Assembly (NCBI GenBank): GCA_002376885.1
Contig: DFOW01000004.1
Location: 1,018 to 65,017 of the forward strand
Direction: 5' to 3'
Origin: Patescibacteria group bacterium UBA3531
GTDB lineage: Bacteria; Patescibacteriota; Minisyncoccia; Phycocordibacterales; UBA3531
DNA length: 64,000 bases
Positions 36,972 to 46,741 of this stretch are shown piece after piece (position 1 is the stretch's first letter; each line of letters starts with the position of its first letter). The notes under the pieces were generated by a model, which saw nothing but the letters and a program-made list of their open reading frames with translations, was not told the origin of the DNA and made no database searches. Position numbers and translations under genes: made by a program.

Positions 36972-37673
36972 CTACTCCCACCCCATCTTCGCCAGCCCTT
37001 CGTGCGCTGCATTTTGCTCTGCCTCCTGCTTTGAGGCCCCTGTCCCTTCCGCAATATCTTCGTCGGCGATAAAAAGACCAACGGTAAATACTTTGGCATG
37101 GTCGGGTCCATCTTCATTCAAGACTTTGTAAGTAGGAGTAACACCCCTTTTTTCTTGAGAAAGTTCTTGAAACCGACTTTTGGCATCTTGCCACAGTTTT
37201 TTATCTACAATCTCTTGTGCTTTGGGTAACAAAACTCGTGCAATAAATTCTTGCGCTTTTGCGTATCCTCCATCTAAATATAGTGCTCCAACGAGCGCTT
37301 CAAAAGTATTTGCCAAAATATATGAACGAGCGCGCCCCACACTATTTGCCTCTCCTTTTGAGAGAAGTAGGTAGTCATTAAACCCAAGATCATGCCCTAT
37401 ACTGCTTAGCATGTGTGTATTTACAAGCGCAGCACGGATAGCCGTAAGTTCCCCCTCTGGTTTGTCTGGGTAGAGTCCAAAAATATGCTCGGTTACCACA
37501 AGCTCAAGAACCGCGTCTCCTAAATATTCTAGCCGCTCATTGTGCCCAAGCGTTTCACCTGGGTTCTCGTTTATGTATGAACGATGAATAAACGCTTGAC
37601 GCAGTAAATCGTTATTGTCGAAATGAAGATTTGTTGTGTTTAAAAATTCTTCAAAGTTACTCTCTCCTTCCAT
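36972..37673 (-). CDS. rnc: Ribonuclease III
   Basis: ERLEYLGDAVL signature plus a dsRBD. Confidence 0.95.
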   Translation of the reverse strand: MEGESNFEEFLNTTNLHFDNNDLLRQAFIHRSYINENPGETLGHNERLEYLGDAVLELVVTEHIFGLYPDKPEGELTAIRAALVNTHMLSSIGHDLGFNDYLLLSKGEANSVGRARSYILANTFEALVGALYLDGGYAKAQEFIARVLLPKAQEIVDKKLWQDAKSRFQELSQEKRGVTPTYKVLNEDGPDHAKVFTVGLFIADEDIAEGTGASKQEAEQNAAHEGLAKMGWE

Positions 37674-37688
37674 ATTCGTGTAATTGAG

Positions 37689-38582
37689 TTATAGGTAATT
37701 TTTTGTGATTGATTCTATTCCTTTGGTAATAATCGGGAGCATATCGCCATATACTTTTAAATCTGCCACGTCTCCGAGTGGAAACCATTTAGCATCATCA
37801 AGGCCTCCTTCTTTTTTGAGTTCGAGTGTGTCGATTGTGGCACGCGCTAAAAAGTACGATACATGCTTCCTGATTTTTCCCTTTTCAGGGTCGCTAGCAG
37901 TGTATTCGTTTTCGCCTATTGTTTCAAGGAGCTCAATATCGAGATTCATTTCTTCTTTAATCTCCCTGATTGCAGCATCCTCTATCTTTTCCTTCTCCCC
38001 TACGTGTCCTTTTGAGAGGGTCCAGTAACCAAACACATCATGAACAAAAGCCAAGTACACCTGGCCATTTGATTCTTTTTTAAAGACCACAGCTCCAACC
38101 AGTTCCTCTTTTGGCATTTTTTTGGGGTCAGTCTCTTTTTTGCTGGTTTCATTTTTTCCGGGCTCGCCCATCTCTTTATAGATGGTACCAAGTACTCCGT
38201 TTACAAAGCGACCGCTATTTTCCCCTCCAAACGCTTTGGCAAGCTCGATTGCTTCGTTAATAGCAACTTTTGGAGGAACCTCTTTTCTGTCAGAAAAAAG
38301 AAGCTCGTAGAGACCGAGCCTGAGCACGTTTCTATCAACAATAGAGATTTTAGGGAGCGGCCATTCTGGTGCCGCTTTTTCAATCACAGCATCGAGGGTT
38401 TGTTGCTTTTCAACAATCCCTTCTACGAGTTTTAAAATATAGTTTTCATCTCCGAGTCCTGGAGCAAATTCTTTAATATTGTAGAGCACAAACTCTTTGA
38501 GTTTGTCCTTTGGACAACCGTTAAAATCCCACTCAAAGAGAGATTGTAGTGCAACACTGCGCGCTAAGTGTCGTTGTGCCAT
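37689..38582 (-). CDS. nusB: NusB-like antitermination domain fused to a C-terminal NUDIX hydrolase domain
   Basis: N-terminal NusB fold (ARSVALQSLFEWDF...). C-terminal Nudix box GHVGEKEKIEDAAIREIKEEMNL. Confidence 0.65.
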   Translation of the reverse strand: MAQRHLARSVALQSLFEWDFNGCPKDKLKEFVLYNIKEFAPGLGDENYILKLVEGIVEKQQTLDAVIEKAAPEWPLPKISIVDRNVLRLGLYELLFSDRKEVPPKVAINEAIELAKAFGGENSGRFVNGVLGTIYKEMGEPGKNETSKKETDPKKMPKEELVGAVVFKKESNGQVYLAFVHDVFGYWTLSKGHVGEKEKIEDAAIREIKEEMNLDIELLETIGENEYTASDPEKGKIRKHVSYFLARATIDTLELKKEGGLDDAKWFPLGDVADLKVYGDMLPIITKGIESITKNYL

Positions 38583-38638
38583 ACGTACTTAAAGAACTCC
38601 AATAAAAAATAATCGGTGCATTTAGTATACACCGACTA

Positions 38639-38911
38639 TTATTTTTGAGAAAGTGATTCTGCGTCCAGCTTTCCAGACTTTTCTTCTTGTGCCTGAAGCT
38701 CTTCTTGTTTGGCCTTTTTTTCCTTCTTAGTGAGTTTTTTCAGTACGTCTCGATATTGCTTTCCTCGGTAGGTTCCGCAGTTTTCGCAAACCGTGTGTCG
38801 TTGGTGCTTTTCGCCACATTTTGAGCATGCCGAAAGCCGCACCTCACTTAATTTGTGATGGCTTCTGCGGTTAGCCGTATGGCTTCGGGTATGTCGCATT
38901 CGTACTGACAT
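38639..38911 (-). CDS. rpmF: 50S ribosomal protein L32 with a C-terminal K/E-rich extension
   Basis: MSVRMRHTRSHTANRRSHHKL...CSKCGEKHQRHTVCENCG zinc-ribbon L32 core. Confidence 0.8.
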   Translation of the reverse strand: MSVRMRHTRSHTANRRSHHKLSEVRLSACSKCGEKHQRHTVCENCGTYRGKQYRDVLKKLTKKEKKAKQEELQAQEEKSGKLDAESLSQK

Positions 38912-39012
38912 AGTGGCTCTAGTATACGGATTTATGCTTGTTTTGCAATATAAGGGGGTTTTAGTGTCGATATTTCGTCATTCGTGCCAAAAAATATACA
39001 GCACCCCCCATA

Positions 39013-39041
39013 TTGACAAATAGCATACTTTATGTTAGTAT
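39013..39041 (+). promoter_or_regulatory. Sigma-70-like promoter (TTGACA-17-TAGTAT) for a GC-rich mini-gene
   Basis: Perfect -35 hexamer, 17-nt spacer, and TAGTAT -10. Confidence 0.45.
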
Positions 39042-39114
39042 ATCTGCAGTTAAGACGAGTCAAAGTTCTGGGTTGGAACTCCCTGTCTTGTTGTTCTCTA
39101 AGGAAAGGCAACAC

Positions 39115-39282
39115 ATGAGCATTCCCTTCCAGGAAAGGATTACGGAACGCGTCAAGGGAACGGAGCGACGGCGGATCCAGGAGATCCAGAACCTCCATCC
39201 GTTCTTCTTCCGCCGTAGCTTCCTGCTCGCCCTCTCGGTGATCCTGACGGTCTTCTACTACATCGAGTTCTTCCCGAAGTAA
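39115..39282 (+). CDS. GC-rich cassette gene: small single-TM peptide (55 aa)
   Basis: MSIPFQERITERVKGTERRRIQEIQNLHPFFFRRSFLLALSVILTVFYYIEFFPK with SD GGAAAGG. Followed by the 39306 hairpin terminator. Confidence 0.4.
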   Translation: MSIPFQERITERVKGTERRRIQEIQNLHPFFFRRSFLLALSVILTVFYYIEFFPK

Positions 39283-39305
39283 CGGGGACTGCCACGCCCA
39301 GGGCT

Positions 39306-39351
39306 CGCCCATGGAGGCCACCACACAAACAACTTTGGTTCTGTGTGTGGT
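39306..39351 (+). terminator. GC-hairpin terminator
   Basis: ggccaccacacaaacaactttggttctgtgtgtggtggcc followed by a T-run. Confidence 0.6.
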
Positions 39352-39468
39352 GGCCTTTTTCTTATTTCGATATCCCCAAGAAACCACATTTGGGAGTGTC
39401 CACCCTAAACAATTTTTCTGCGAAAAACTGAGAGGGCAAGCAGGAAAATAATTAAAAAATTTCTCGTA

Positions 39469-39591
39469 GAAACACAGTTTGAAGTGCTGCCGCAGACGAT
39501 TTTGATTGGTCCACCCTTTGGGTGGAAAATCGTCGAGGATAAGGAAACACCACCGCTGGAGTGGGGTTTCCGGTGCTTCAAGCTGTGTTTC
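39469..39591. repeat. 123-bp element closed by 19-bp terminal inverted repeats (GAAACACAGTTTGAAGTGC / GTGCTTCAAGCTGTGTTTC) with internal hairpins; candidate sRNA or MITE
   Basis: Perfect or near-perfect long-range pairing of the ends. Internal stems: gacgatttt...aaaatcgtc, ccaccc-ttt-gggtgg and ggaaac...gtttcc. Confidence 0.4.
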
Positions 39592-39658
39592 TTAAAAAAT
39601 AAAATAAATAGTAGCGGCCCGGGCCCCGTGTGGGGGCCTCGGGCCGCGCGATGACGCT

Positions 39659-39850
39659 CTAGGGCGCCTTTCCCTTCTCCTCGGGCGGAGTCTGTTGTGC
39701 GGAGCCCAACGGCTCCACACCCTCCGGGTGATCGTCTTCGAAGGACCCCTCGCGGCGCCCGTCGAATGGGCGCGCTTGCCGGGACGGCATGGGATCTCTC
39801 GGCGGCGACTTTTCGCGAGGGCTACCGCCCCCGTTTCGAACAAAAGACAT
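39659..39850 (-). CDS. GC-rich cassette gene: small Gly/Pro/Arg/Glu-rich disordered protein
   Basis: About 66% GC. SD GGAGG lies 10 nt upstream of the ATG, with an upstream TTGCAG-17-TTTAAT promoter-like site and a downstream GC hairpin plus T-run on the minus strand. Confidence 0.35.
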   Translation of the reverse strand: MSFVRNGGGSPREKSPPRDPMPSRQARPFDGRREGSFEDDHPEGVEPLGSAQQTPPEEKGKAP

Positions 39851-39922
39851 CGTCTTCTTGCCTCCGTGGGTTTTAGGGTACCCACCATTAAACACAAACT
39901 CCCTTATTTCTGCAAGGGAGTT

Positions 39923-40534
39923 TTAAACAATGTTTCCAAGGAAGCTCTTCCTGTGTATTGGGCACGGTTTGTGTTTTTTTATGAGCTTCCGATGAAGCTC
40001 GGTTCCGTAGCCTTTATGCTCCTCAAACATATAGTGCGGATAACGGAGCGCAAACCCTTCCATTTTTTTATCGCGTGATACTTTTGCCACAATTGATGCG
40101 AGAGCAATTAAAACCTCTTGTTCATCTCCACGTATGATCGTTTCTTGTTGGGTGTAAAAAGCAGGTGCCTTAAGCCCGCCGTCTAATAAAATATGAGACC
40201 TCTCTGGATGCACTCCCAGCCGGTTTAAACACCGTTTTGTTGCTTTATAAATTGCTGGATTGATCCCTTCCCTATCTATAAAGTCAGGGCCAGAGAACGC
40301 AACAGCATATGAGAGCTCTTTTTGCACATGAAGCTTATGGAGTTCCTCAAAAATTTCTCTTCTTTTTTGCCCCGAGAGTTTTTTTGAATCTTTTACTTCA
40401 CGAAAAAATGAGAGTTTGGGAGATCTGAGTGGGGCAACCACCACCCCAACTGCTACAGGCCCCGCCAAAGGACCTCTTCCGGCCTCATCAACCCCCACAA
40501 AAAAGTGGTTAATGCTTGCTATTTTTTTGCTCAT
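39923..40534 (-). CDS. rnhB: Ribonuclease HII
   Basis: VGVDEAGRGPLAGPV catalytic motif. Confidence 0.95.
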   Translation of the reverse strand: MSKKIASINHFFVGVDEAGRGPLAGPVAVGVVVAPLRSPKLSFFREVKDSKKLSGQKRREIFEELHKLHVQKELSYAVAFSGPDFIDREGINPAIYKATKRCLNRLGVHPERSHILLDGGLKAPAFYTQQETIIRGDEQEVLIALASIVAKVSRDKKMEGFALRYPHYMFEEHKGYGTELHRKLIKKHKPCPIHRKSFLGNIV

Positions 40535-40568
40535 GCAAGCGATATTTGTTTTGCTATAATAGTCCCGT

Positions 40569-43500
40569 ATGTCATTCGTCCATCTCCATACTCACAGTCA
40601 TTATAGCCTACTCCAAGGACTCTCTAAAATTGAAGGGTTGGTAGATGCGGCAAAGAAAGACAAAATGCCGGCACTTGCACTAACGGACCATGGAAACCTT
40701 TATGGGGCCGTAAAGTTCTACAAAGCCTGCAAAAAGGCAGAAATAAAACCAATCATCGGCGCAGATATCTACATTGCCGAAAACTCGATGAAGGATACCC
40801 AACCAGGGAGCACAAATCGCACCTTTCACCTGGTATTGCTTGCAGAGACAAGCGAAGGTTACAAAAATTTGATTCGCCTTCTTACCGAGGCTCATTTAGA
40901 AGGATTTTATAATTACCCACGTGCCGACAAGGCGTTGTTAAAAAAATATAGCGAGGGACTTATTGCTCTTTCTGGTGACATTCAAGGAGAGGTCCCGCGG
41001 GCGCTATGGAACAAAGACGAAGAACGTGCAAAAGAGCTTGTGCAAGAATACAAAGCTATTTTTGGAGACAATAACTTTTTTATAGAAATCTCCCACCATC
41101 CGCACCTGGAACGCCATGACGAAATCATGGAAGGCCTGGTAAAGGTTGCAAAAGAAACAAAGACTCCCCTAGTTGCGGGGCAAGGATCGTACTACTTAAC
41201 CCCCGAAGATAAAGAAGCACACCGGACGCTCCTGGGAATTCAATCATCACATGCAACAAGTGAATCTGCCCGATTTTTTAGTGCAGAGGAAGATTACTCT
41301 TTTATCGATACAAAAACTGCCAAAGATTTATTTAAGGGTCATAAGGAAGCGATCGAGAATACCGTAAAAATTGCAGAGCGTTGCAACGCCGACATTGAGC
41401 CACCTGGTTGGGTCTTTCCTCTTGTTGAGCTTGAAGAAGGAAAGACTGCTGATGAACAGCTACGCGAGTATGCCTATAAAGGACTTGAGGACCGAGGAAT
41501 GGAAAAAACAAAAGAGGTTATTGATCGGCTTGAATACGAGCTCGACACTATTAAACAAAAAGGGTTTTCTCCTTATTTTTTGGTAGTGGCTGATCTTTTA
41601 TATTACGCACGCAAACACAATATCCTTACCACGATCCGTGGTTCGGTTGCGGGGTCTTTGGTTACGTACTTAACCAAGATTACGACCGTAGACCCCATCG
41701 AATACATGCTCCCTTTTGAACGGTTCTTGAATCCACAAAGACCAAGTGCCCCTGATATTGATATGGACTTTGCTGACGATCGTCGTGATGAAGTTATTGA
41801 ATACGCAAAAGAAAAGTATGGAGAAGACAAAGTAGCACAAATCGGAACCTTTGGAACCATGCTTGCGCGCGGTGTTGTGCGCGATACCGCCCGCGCCCTT
41901 GGTTACCCCTACGGCGCTGGGGATCGCATTGCAAAAATGATCCCATTTGGATCACAAGGATTCCCTATGACAATCGAGAAGGCACTTGATCTTGAACCCG
42001 ACCTAAAAGAAGCGTATGAAAACGATAGAGAGGTTACCGAGATTATAGACATGGCAAGAAAGATCGAAGGTAACGCACGCCACTGTAGTGTGCATGCTGC
42101 TGGTGTTGTTATGGCACCAGAGCCTCTTACCGAATATGTCCCTCTCCAACGCGAACAAAAAGGAAACAAAATCATCACCCAATACGACATGCATGATGTT
42201 GAAGAAGTTGGATTGATTAAGTTCGACTTTTTGGGAATCCGGAACCTTTCAATCTTGGCTCATGCTGTAGGAATCGTAGAAAAGACCCTAGGAGAAAAAG
42301 TAGACATTGAAAACGTTCCTCTTGATGATAAAAAAGTTTTTGAAATCCTTTCGAGAGGAGAAACCATGGGGCTCTTCCAACTAAACGGCGCAGCTATGAC
42401 ACGCTTTTTGATTGATCTAAAACCAACCACCATCCACGACATTAACGCAATGATCGCCCTGTATCGTCCTGGTCCGATGAAAAACATTCCCGACTACATT
42501 GCGCGCAAACACGGCAAACAAGCCGTTAGTTACTATCATCCAAAAATGAAAAACTTTTTGGAACGATCATATGGAATTTTGGTGTACCAAGATGACCTTC
42601 TTTCTGCTGCGCTTGAGCTTGCTGGATACACCTGGGAAACAGTAGACAAGTTCCGTAAGGCGGTTGGTAAAAAGATCCCAGAAGAAATGGCTAAACAACA
42701 TAAAATCTTCGTCGAGGGCTGTCAAAAACATTCTGGTATGAGTAAAAAAGAAGCAGAAGGTTTGTGGGATTTGTTCGAACCATTCCAAGGATACGGATTC
42801 AACAAGGCACATGCGGCAAGTTACGGAAAAGTTGCGTATCAAACGGCATACATGAAGGCCAATTATCCAAGCGAATACATGACCGCTGTTCTTACTGCCG
42901 AATCAGGAGATGTCGAGGAAATTGCTCGTATCGTTAATGAATGTAAGCGAATGGAGCTTGAAGTGTTGCCACCCGATGTAAATGAAAGCTTTGGTGGGTT
43001 TACTGTACTAAAAGATCCTGATGGAAACCCAAAAGACGACAAGATCCGTTTTGGTCTCTATACTATTAAAAATTTGGGAGAAGAGATTTCAAACGTTATT
43101 ATTTCTGAACGAAAAAAGAATGGTCCTTACAAAAGCTACCAAGATTTTTTGGAGCGTGTTCGTCATCAAAATTTAAACAAACGATCACTCGAGGCTCTTA
43201 TTAAGTCTGGCTCGCTTGATAATTTAGGAGAACGTGGGCAAATGCTTGCAAACTTAGAGTCAGTACTTGCCTACTCCCGTGATGGACTAAAACAATTAGA
43301 AGATCAAACATCCCTTTTTGGTCTTATGGAAGATGACGCGAGCTTGCCGCAGCTTCGTCTTGAAGAATCAGAACCTGCTTCGGCAGACGACAAACTTGGA
43401 TGGGAAAAGGAATTGTTAGGACTCTATCTATCGGGACACCCGCTCGATAAACACAAAAAGAGATTCGAAGGTAAAAAAACAATAAAAGATTATTTGTCGC

Positions 43501-43754
43501 TCCCGAGTGGTGTAACTGCACTTTGTGGTGGAATCATTGAAGAGGTACGAACCGTTACCACCAAAAAAGGAGAGCGAATGGCATTTGTACGTATGGCAGA
43601 TTTTGATACTGCCATTGAGGTAGTATTCTTCCCATCAAGTTATCAAAAATTTAAAGAGCACTTAGTGCCTGACATGTGCGTTGCTATAAAAGGACGCATC
43701 AGTAATCGCAATCAAGAAAAAAGCATGGTTGCAGAGGCAATCAAGCTATTGTAG
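40569..43754 (+). CDS. dnaE: DNA polymerase III alpha subunit
   Basis: N-terminal PHP domain (HLHTHSHYSLLQG), polymerase core and OB fold. 1061 aa. Confidence 0.95.
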   Translation: MSFVHLHTHSHYSLLQGLSKIEGLVDAAKKDKMPALALTDHGNLYGAVKFYKACKKAEIKPIIGADIYIAENSMKDTQPGSTNRTFHLVLLAETSEGYKNLIRLLTEAHLEGFYNYPRADKALLKKYSEGLIALSGDIQGEVPRALWNKDEERAKELVQEYKAIFGDNNFFIEISHHPHLERHDEIMEGLVKVAKETKTPLVAGQGSYYLTPEDKEAHRTLLGIQSSHATSESARFFSAEEDYSFIDTKTAKDLFKGHKEAIENTVKIAERCNADIEPPGWVFPLVELEEGKTADEQLREYAYKGLEDRGMEKTKEVIDRLEYELDTIKQKGFSPYFLVVADLLYYARKHNILTTIRGSVAGSLVTYLTKITTVDPIEYMLPFERFLNPQRPSAPDIDMDFADDRRDEVIEYAKEKYGEDKVAQIGTFGTMLARGVVRDTARALGYPYGAGDRIAKMIPFGSQGFPMTIEKALDLEPDLKEAYENDREVTEIIDMARKIEGNARHCSVHAAGVVMAPEPLTEYVPLQREQKGNKIITQYDMHDVEEVGLIKFDFLGIRNLSILAHAVGIVEKTLGEKVDIENVPLDDKKVFEILSRGETMGLFQLNGAAMTRFLIDLKPTTIHDINAMIALYRPGPMKNIPDYIARKHGKQAVSYYHPKMKNFLERSYGILVYQDDLLSAALELAGYTWETVDKFRKAVGKKIPEEMAKQHKIFVEGCQKHSGMSKKEAEGLWDLFEPFQGYGFNKAHAASYGKVAYQTAYMKANYPSEYMTAVLTAESGDVEEIARIVNECKRMELEVLPPDVNESFGGFTVLKDPDGNPKDDKIRFGLYTIKNLGEEISNVIISERKKNGPYKSYQDFLERVRHQNLNKRSLEALIKSGSLDNLGERGQMLANLESVLAYSRDGLKQLEDQTSLFGLMEDDASLPQLRLEESEPASADDKLGWEKELLGLYLSGHPLDKHKKRFEGKKTIKDYLSLPSGVTALCGGIIEEVRTVTTKKGERMAFVRMADFDTAIEVVFFPSSYQKFKEHLVPDMCVAIKGRISNRNQEKSMVAEAIKLL

Positions 43755-43778
43755 AGTACGAACAGAGAGGAGGGCACC

Positions 43779-44009
43779 ATGCCCAAACGATCCAAGTGGG
43801 GCTCGACCTGCCAAATCCCACACTGCGGAAAGAACGAAAACCGAGACCATGTCCGGATGACATTCTTCCGGAGGGGGGCCGGCGTAGTCTTCTTGTTTCT
43901 CTGCAGATGGCATCGGGCCATGAACACTCGAGCAATCCGCGAGAAGCGCGACTTCGGTCCGTTCATGTACACCGGTCGGGATAAGAGCCCGTCGCGCCAA
44001 GCTGCGTGA
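43779..44009 (+). CDS. GC-rich cassette gene: small Cys/His-containing protein
   Basis: About 60% GC with SD GAGGAGGG. MPKRSKWGSTCQIPHCGKNENRDH... It is inserted between dnaE and thrS and ends with a GC hairpin. Confidence 0.4.
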   Translation: MPKRSKWGSTCQIPHCGKNENRDHVRMTFFRRGAGVVFLFLCRWHRAMNTRAIREKRDFGPFMYTGRDKSPSRQAA

Positions 44010-44032
44010 CGGGCTCCGCCCTTTTTGTTACT

Positions 44033-45784
44033 ATGAAATTCATGGAAAAAGACGCTATTTCGAAAAAACGGCACTCTCTTGCACACGTTTTGGCTATGGC
44101 AGTACTTGAAAAAGACCCTAACGCCAAGCTCGCCATTGGACCCGCAATTGATACGGGTTTTTATTATGATTTTGAACTATCTTCCCCTCTTTCTGCAGAT
44201 GATCTTCCGGCACTTGAGACCCGAATGAAGGAACTGCTAAAAGAAGGCCTATCGTTTGAGGGACGCGAAGTTTCTCCAGATGAAGCACAAGAATTATTTA
44301 AACAATCCCCTTACAAACTTGATTTAATTGAAGAATTTACGAACGAAGGAAAAACTCTAACTGCATATTCAAGTGGAGATTTTACTGACCTTTGCGCAGG
44401 TGGACACGTTGATACTACAAAAGACATTGACCCAGATTCATTTTCTCTTGATAAATTGGCTGGTGCTTACTGGAGAGGTGACGAAAACAATCAAATGCTT
44501 ACACGAATTTATGGACTCGCATTTGAAACAAAAAAAGAATTAGAAGAGTACAAAAAACAGCAAGAAGAAGCTGAAAAACGAGACCATAGAAAGCTTGGGA
44601 AAGAGTTAGACCTTTTTGCTTTCTCTCCCCTTGTTGGTCCAGGACTCCCGCTCTTTACTCCCAAGGGTTCTCTTTTACGTGACTTGTTAGATGACTTTGT
44701 ATGGGAGCTTCGGCAAAAAGACGGTTACGACCGAGTAGATATTCCTCACATTACAAAAATTGATCTTTTTAAAACAAGTGGGCACTGGGACAAGTTCGGA
44801 GATGAACTCTTTCAAGTTAAAACAAGAGAGGATCATGTCTTTGCACTCAAACCAATGAATTGCCCACACCATACGCAAATTTATGCGCGTAAAAACCATA
44901 GCTATCGAGAGCTTCCTGTTCGCTATGCAAACACCACAAAATGTTATCGCGACGAACAAACAGGAGAATTAAGCGGTCTCTCACGTGTGCGCGCCTTCAC
45001 ACAAGATGATGCCCACGTTTTTTGTAGAACCAATCAAGTAGAAGAAGAAGTTGGAAAAGTCTGGGACATTGTAACGGGATTTTACAATGGTGTTGGTTAT
45101 TCTGATCTTCAAGTAACCCTTTCAGCGCACGACCCCAACAATATGGAAAAGTATCTTGGAGACAAGGCGCTCTGGGAACAAGCTGAGGGAATCTTAGGAA
45201 AAATAATTGAAGAAAAGACTGGCAAAAAAGCAGAAAAGATAGAGGGAGAAGCAGCATTTTATGGACCAAAAATAGACTTTATTACCAAAGACTCGATTGG
45301 AAGAGAGTGGCAGATTGCAACCATTCAGCTCGACATGAATCTACCAGAACGCTTTGACTTAACCTGCACAAACGAAAAAGGAGAAAAAGAACGAATCGTT
45401 ATGATTCATGCAGCGATCATGGGATCAATTGAACGCTTCCTTTCTGTTTATATAGAACATACGGGTGGGGTGTTCCCTCTTTTCCTTTCCCCTGTTCAGG
45501 TTGCAATCCTCCCTATCGCAGACAGCCATAAAGAATATGCCGAGGAAGTTAGAAAAACACTCGAAGAAAATGGAGTCCGTGTTGAACAGAGAAGCGAAGA
45601 TGAAACGCTTGGAAAAAAGATTAGGAGCGTAAAAGAACAAAAGATTCCTTACTTTATTGTTATCGGAGACAAAGAAGTTGAAAGTAAGAGTGTAAAGCTT
45701 GAGTCTCGAAGTGGAGATGGAGAAGAAATGAATACAGAAGAACTTCTCTCAAAACTCAAAAAAGAAATAGATGACAAAGCCTAA
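44033..45784 (+). CDS. thrS: Threonine--tRNA ligase
   Basis: Class II aaRS motifs and a ThrRS zinc site (CPHH region). The N-terminal editing/TGS domains appear reduced. Confidence 0.9.
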   Translation: MKFMEKDAISKKRHSLAHVLAMAVLEKDPNAKLAIGPAIDTGFYYDFELSSPLSADDLPALETRMKELLKEGLSFEGREVSPDEAQELFKQSPYKLDLIEEFTNEGKTLTAYSSGDFTDLCAGGHVDTTKDIDPDSFSLDKLAGAYWRGDENNQMLTRIYGLAFETKKELEEYKKQQEEAEKRDHRKLGKELDLFAFSPLVGPGLPLFTPKGSLLRDLLDDFVWELRQKDGYDRVDIPHITKIDLFKTSGHWDKFGDELFQVKTREDHVFALKPMNCPHHTQIYARKNHSYRELPVRYANTTKCYRDEQTGELSGLSRVRAFTQDDAHVFCRTNQVEEEVGKVWDIVTGFYNGVGYSDLQVTLSAHDPNNMEKYLGDKALWEQAEGILGKIIEEKTGKKAEKIEGEAAFYGPKIDFITKDSIGREWQIATIQLDMNLPERFDLTCTNEKGEKERIVMIHAAIMGSIERFLSVYIEHTGGVFPLFLSPVQVAILPIADSHKEYAEEVRKTLEENGVRVEQRSEDETLGKKIRSVKEQKIPYFIVIGDKEVESKSVKLESRSGDGEEMNTEELLSKLKKEIDDKA

Positions 45785-45985
45785 AGGGGTTTTCCATTCA
45801 AAAGAAGTACTACATCATTTTAGATGCAAACAATGTAATAAGTGGTGGAGTGTTGGTGATGCGCCTTCTCGTAAGAAGATATGGTACTGCCCTTGGTGTG
45901 GTGCACAACAGTAATAAATTTGGTATTGCTTGCCCGTTTTAATTCAAGAGAATTTGATTCGGGCGCATGGTGTGGGACTGAACAA

Positions 45986-46113
45986 CACTAACTTTCAAAA
46001 GATACGAAATAAAATTCCCCAGCGGGAATTTTTTTCTCACTCTCACCCTCGCTCATCCTGTAAAACAGGACACCGGCCCGCTCGGGCTCCGAGAGCTCTT
46101 TTGAAAGTTGTGT
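45986..46113 (-). repeat. MITE-like GC-rich repeat, copy C (inverted orientation)
   Basis: The reverse complement matches copy A nearly end to end, including the TIRs CACTAACTTTCAAAAG / CTTTTGAAAGTTGTGTT. Confidence 0.65.
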
Positions 46114-46246
46114 TAGGAAATAAAAAGTTTATTAGCATCCACAGGAGATTTGCTTGGTTAAAAAATCTCCGAGGATAGAGCGAGTCTCCGCCGGAGAGAC
46201 GAGCGTCTGGTAAACTTTTTATTTACACAACACACTCTCAAAACAA

Positions 46247-46266
46247 AAATCCCCCGGTCGGGGGAC
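46247..46266. terminator. Bidirectional terminator hairpin (tcccccgg-tcg-ggggga) with T/A runs on both sides
   Basis: Between the converging thrS-side region and the membrane gene at 46290. Confidence 0.5.
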
Positions 46267-46289
46267 TTTTGTATAAGGAACTTGTTTGA

Positions 46290-46709
46290 TTATAGCATTA
46301 AGACAATCGCAATTGTCATGAGGACAAACGATACAAGGTAATAAAGTGCTCCAATTACCGTTATACCCTTATCTTTATCTTCGTATAAAATGCTATTAGC
46401 CATTACTGTTGCCGTAAACCCAAGCCATACAATAATTCCTAATTCAACTGCCTTACCGATTGAGTCAACTGATAGTACTGCCACAAAAAGATAGAGCACG
46501 TAAGACATTACAAGCGTAACAATCAGTCCAAGACCCATAGCCTTTTTCGCATCTGCGTCAAATTTCCCCGAAACAGGCTTTCCTATTCGCGCCATGTAAT
46601 CCATCCATTTTTTTCCAAAAAGTGGTCCGTACCAAAGCATACCAACAATGGTTCCGACAATGGTGGCTACAATAATCGCTGTGTAATCAACTGAAACTAC
46701 AAAAAGCAT
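46290..46709 (-). CDS. DUF1761-like membrane protein
   Basis: Four TM helices. Confidence 0.5.
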   Translation of the reverse strand: MLFVVSVDYTAIIVATIVGTIVGMLWYGPLFGKKWMDYMARIGKPVSGKFDADAKKAMGLGLIVTLVMSYVLYLFVAVLSVDSIGKAVELGIIVWLGFTATVMANSILYEDKDKGITVIGALYYLVSFVLMTIAIVLML

Positions 46710-46741
46710 ACTGTTTTATTTTTCTATTGTTCAAATTCGAC

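Noticed and set aside
38932-39387. 151-aa minus-strand ORF overlapping the GC-rich mini-gene at 39115-39282
   Set aside because: It has no RBS. It runs antisense to a cassette that has a canonical promoter, SD and terminator on the plus strand.
45930-46178. 82-aa plus-strand ORF spanning MITE copy C
   Set aside because: It reads through a repeat element with terminal inverted repeats and has no RBS. Its composition is that of the repeat, not of coding sequence.
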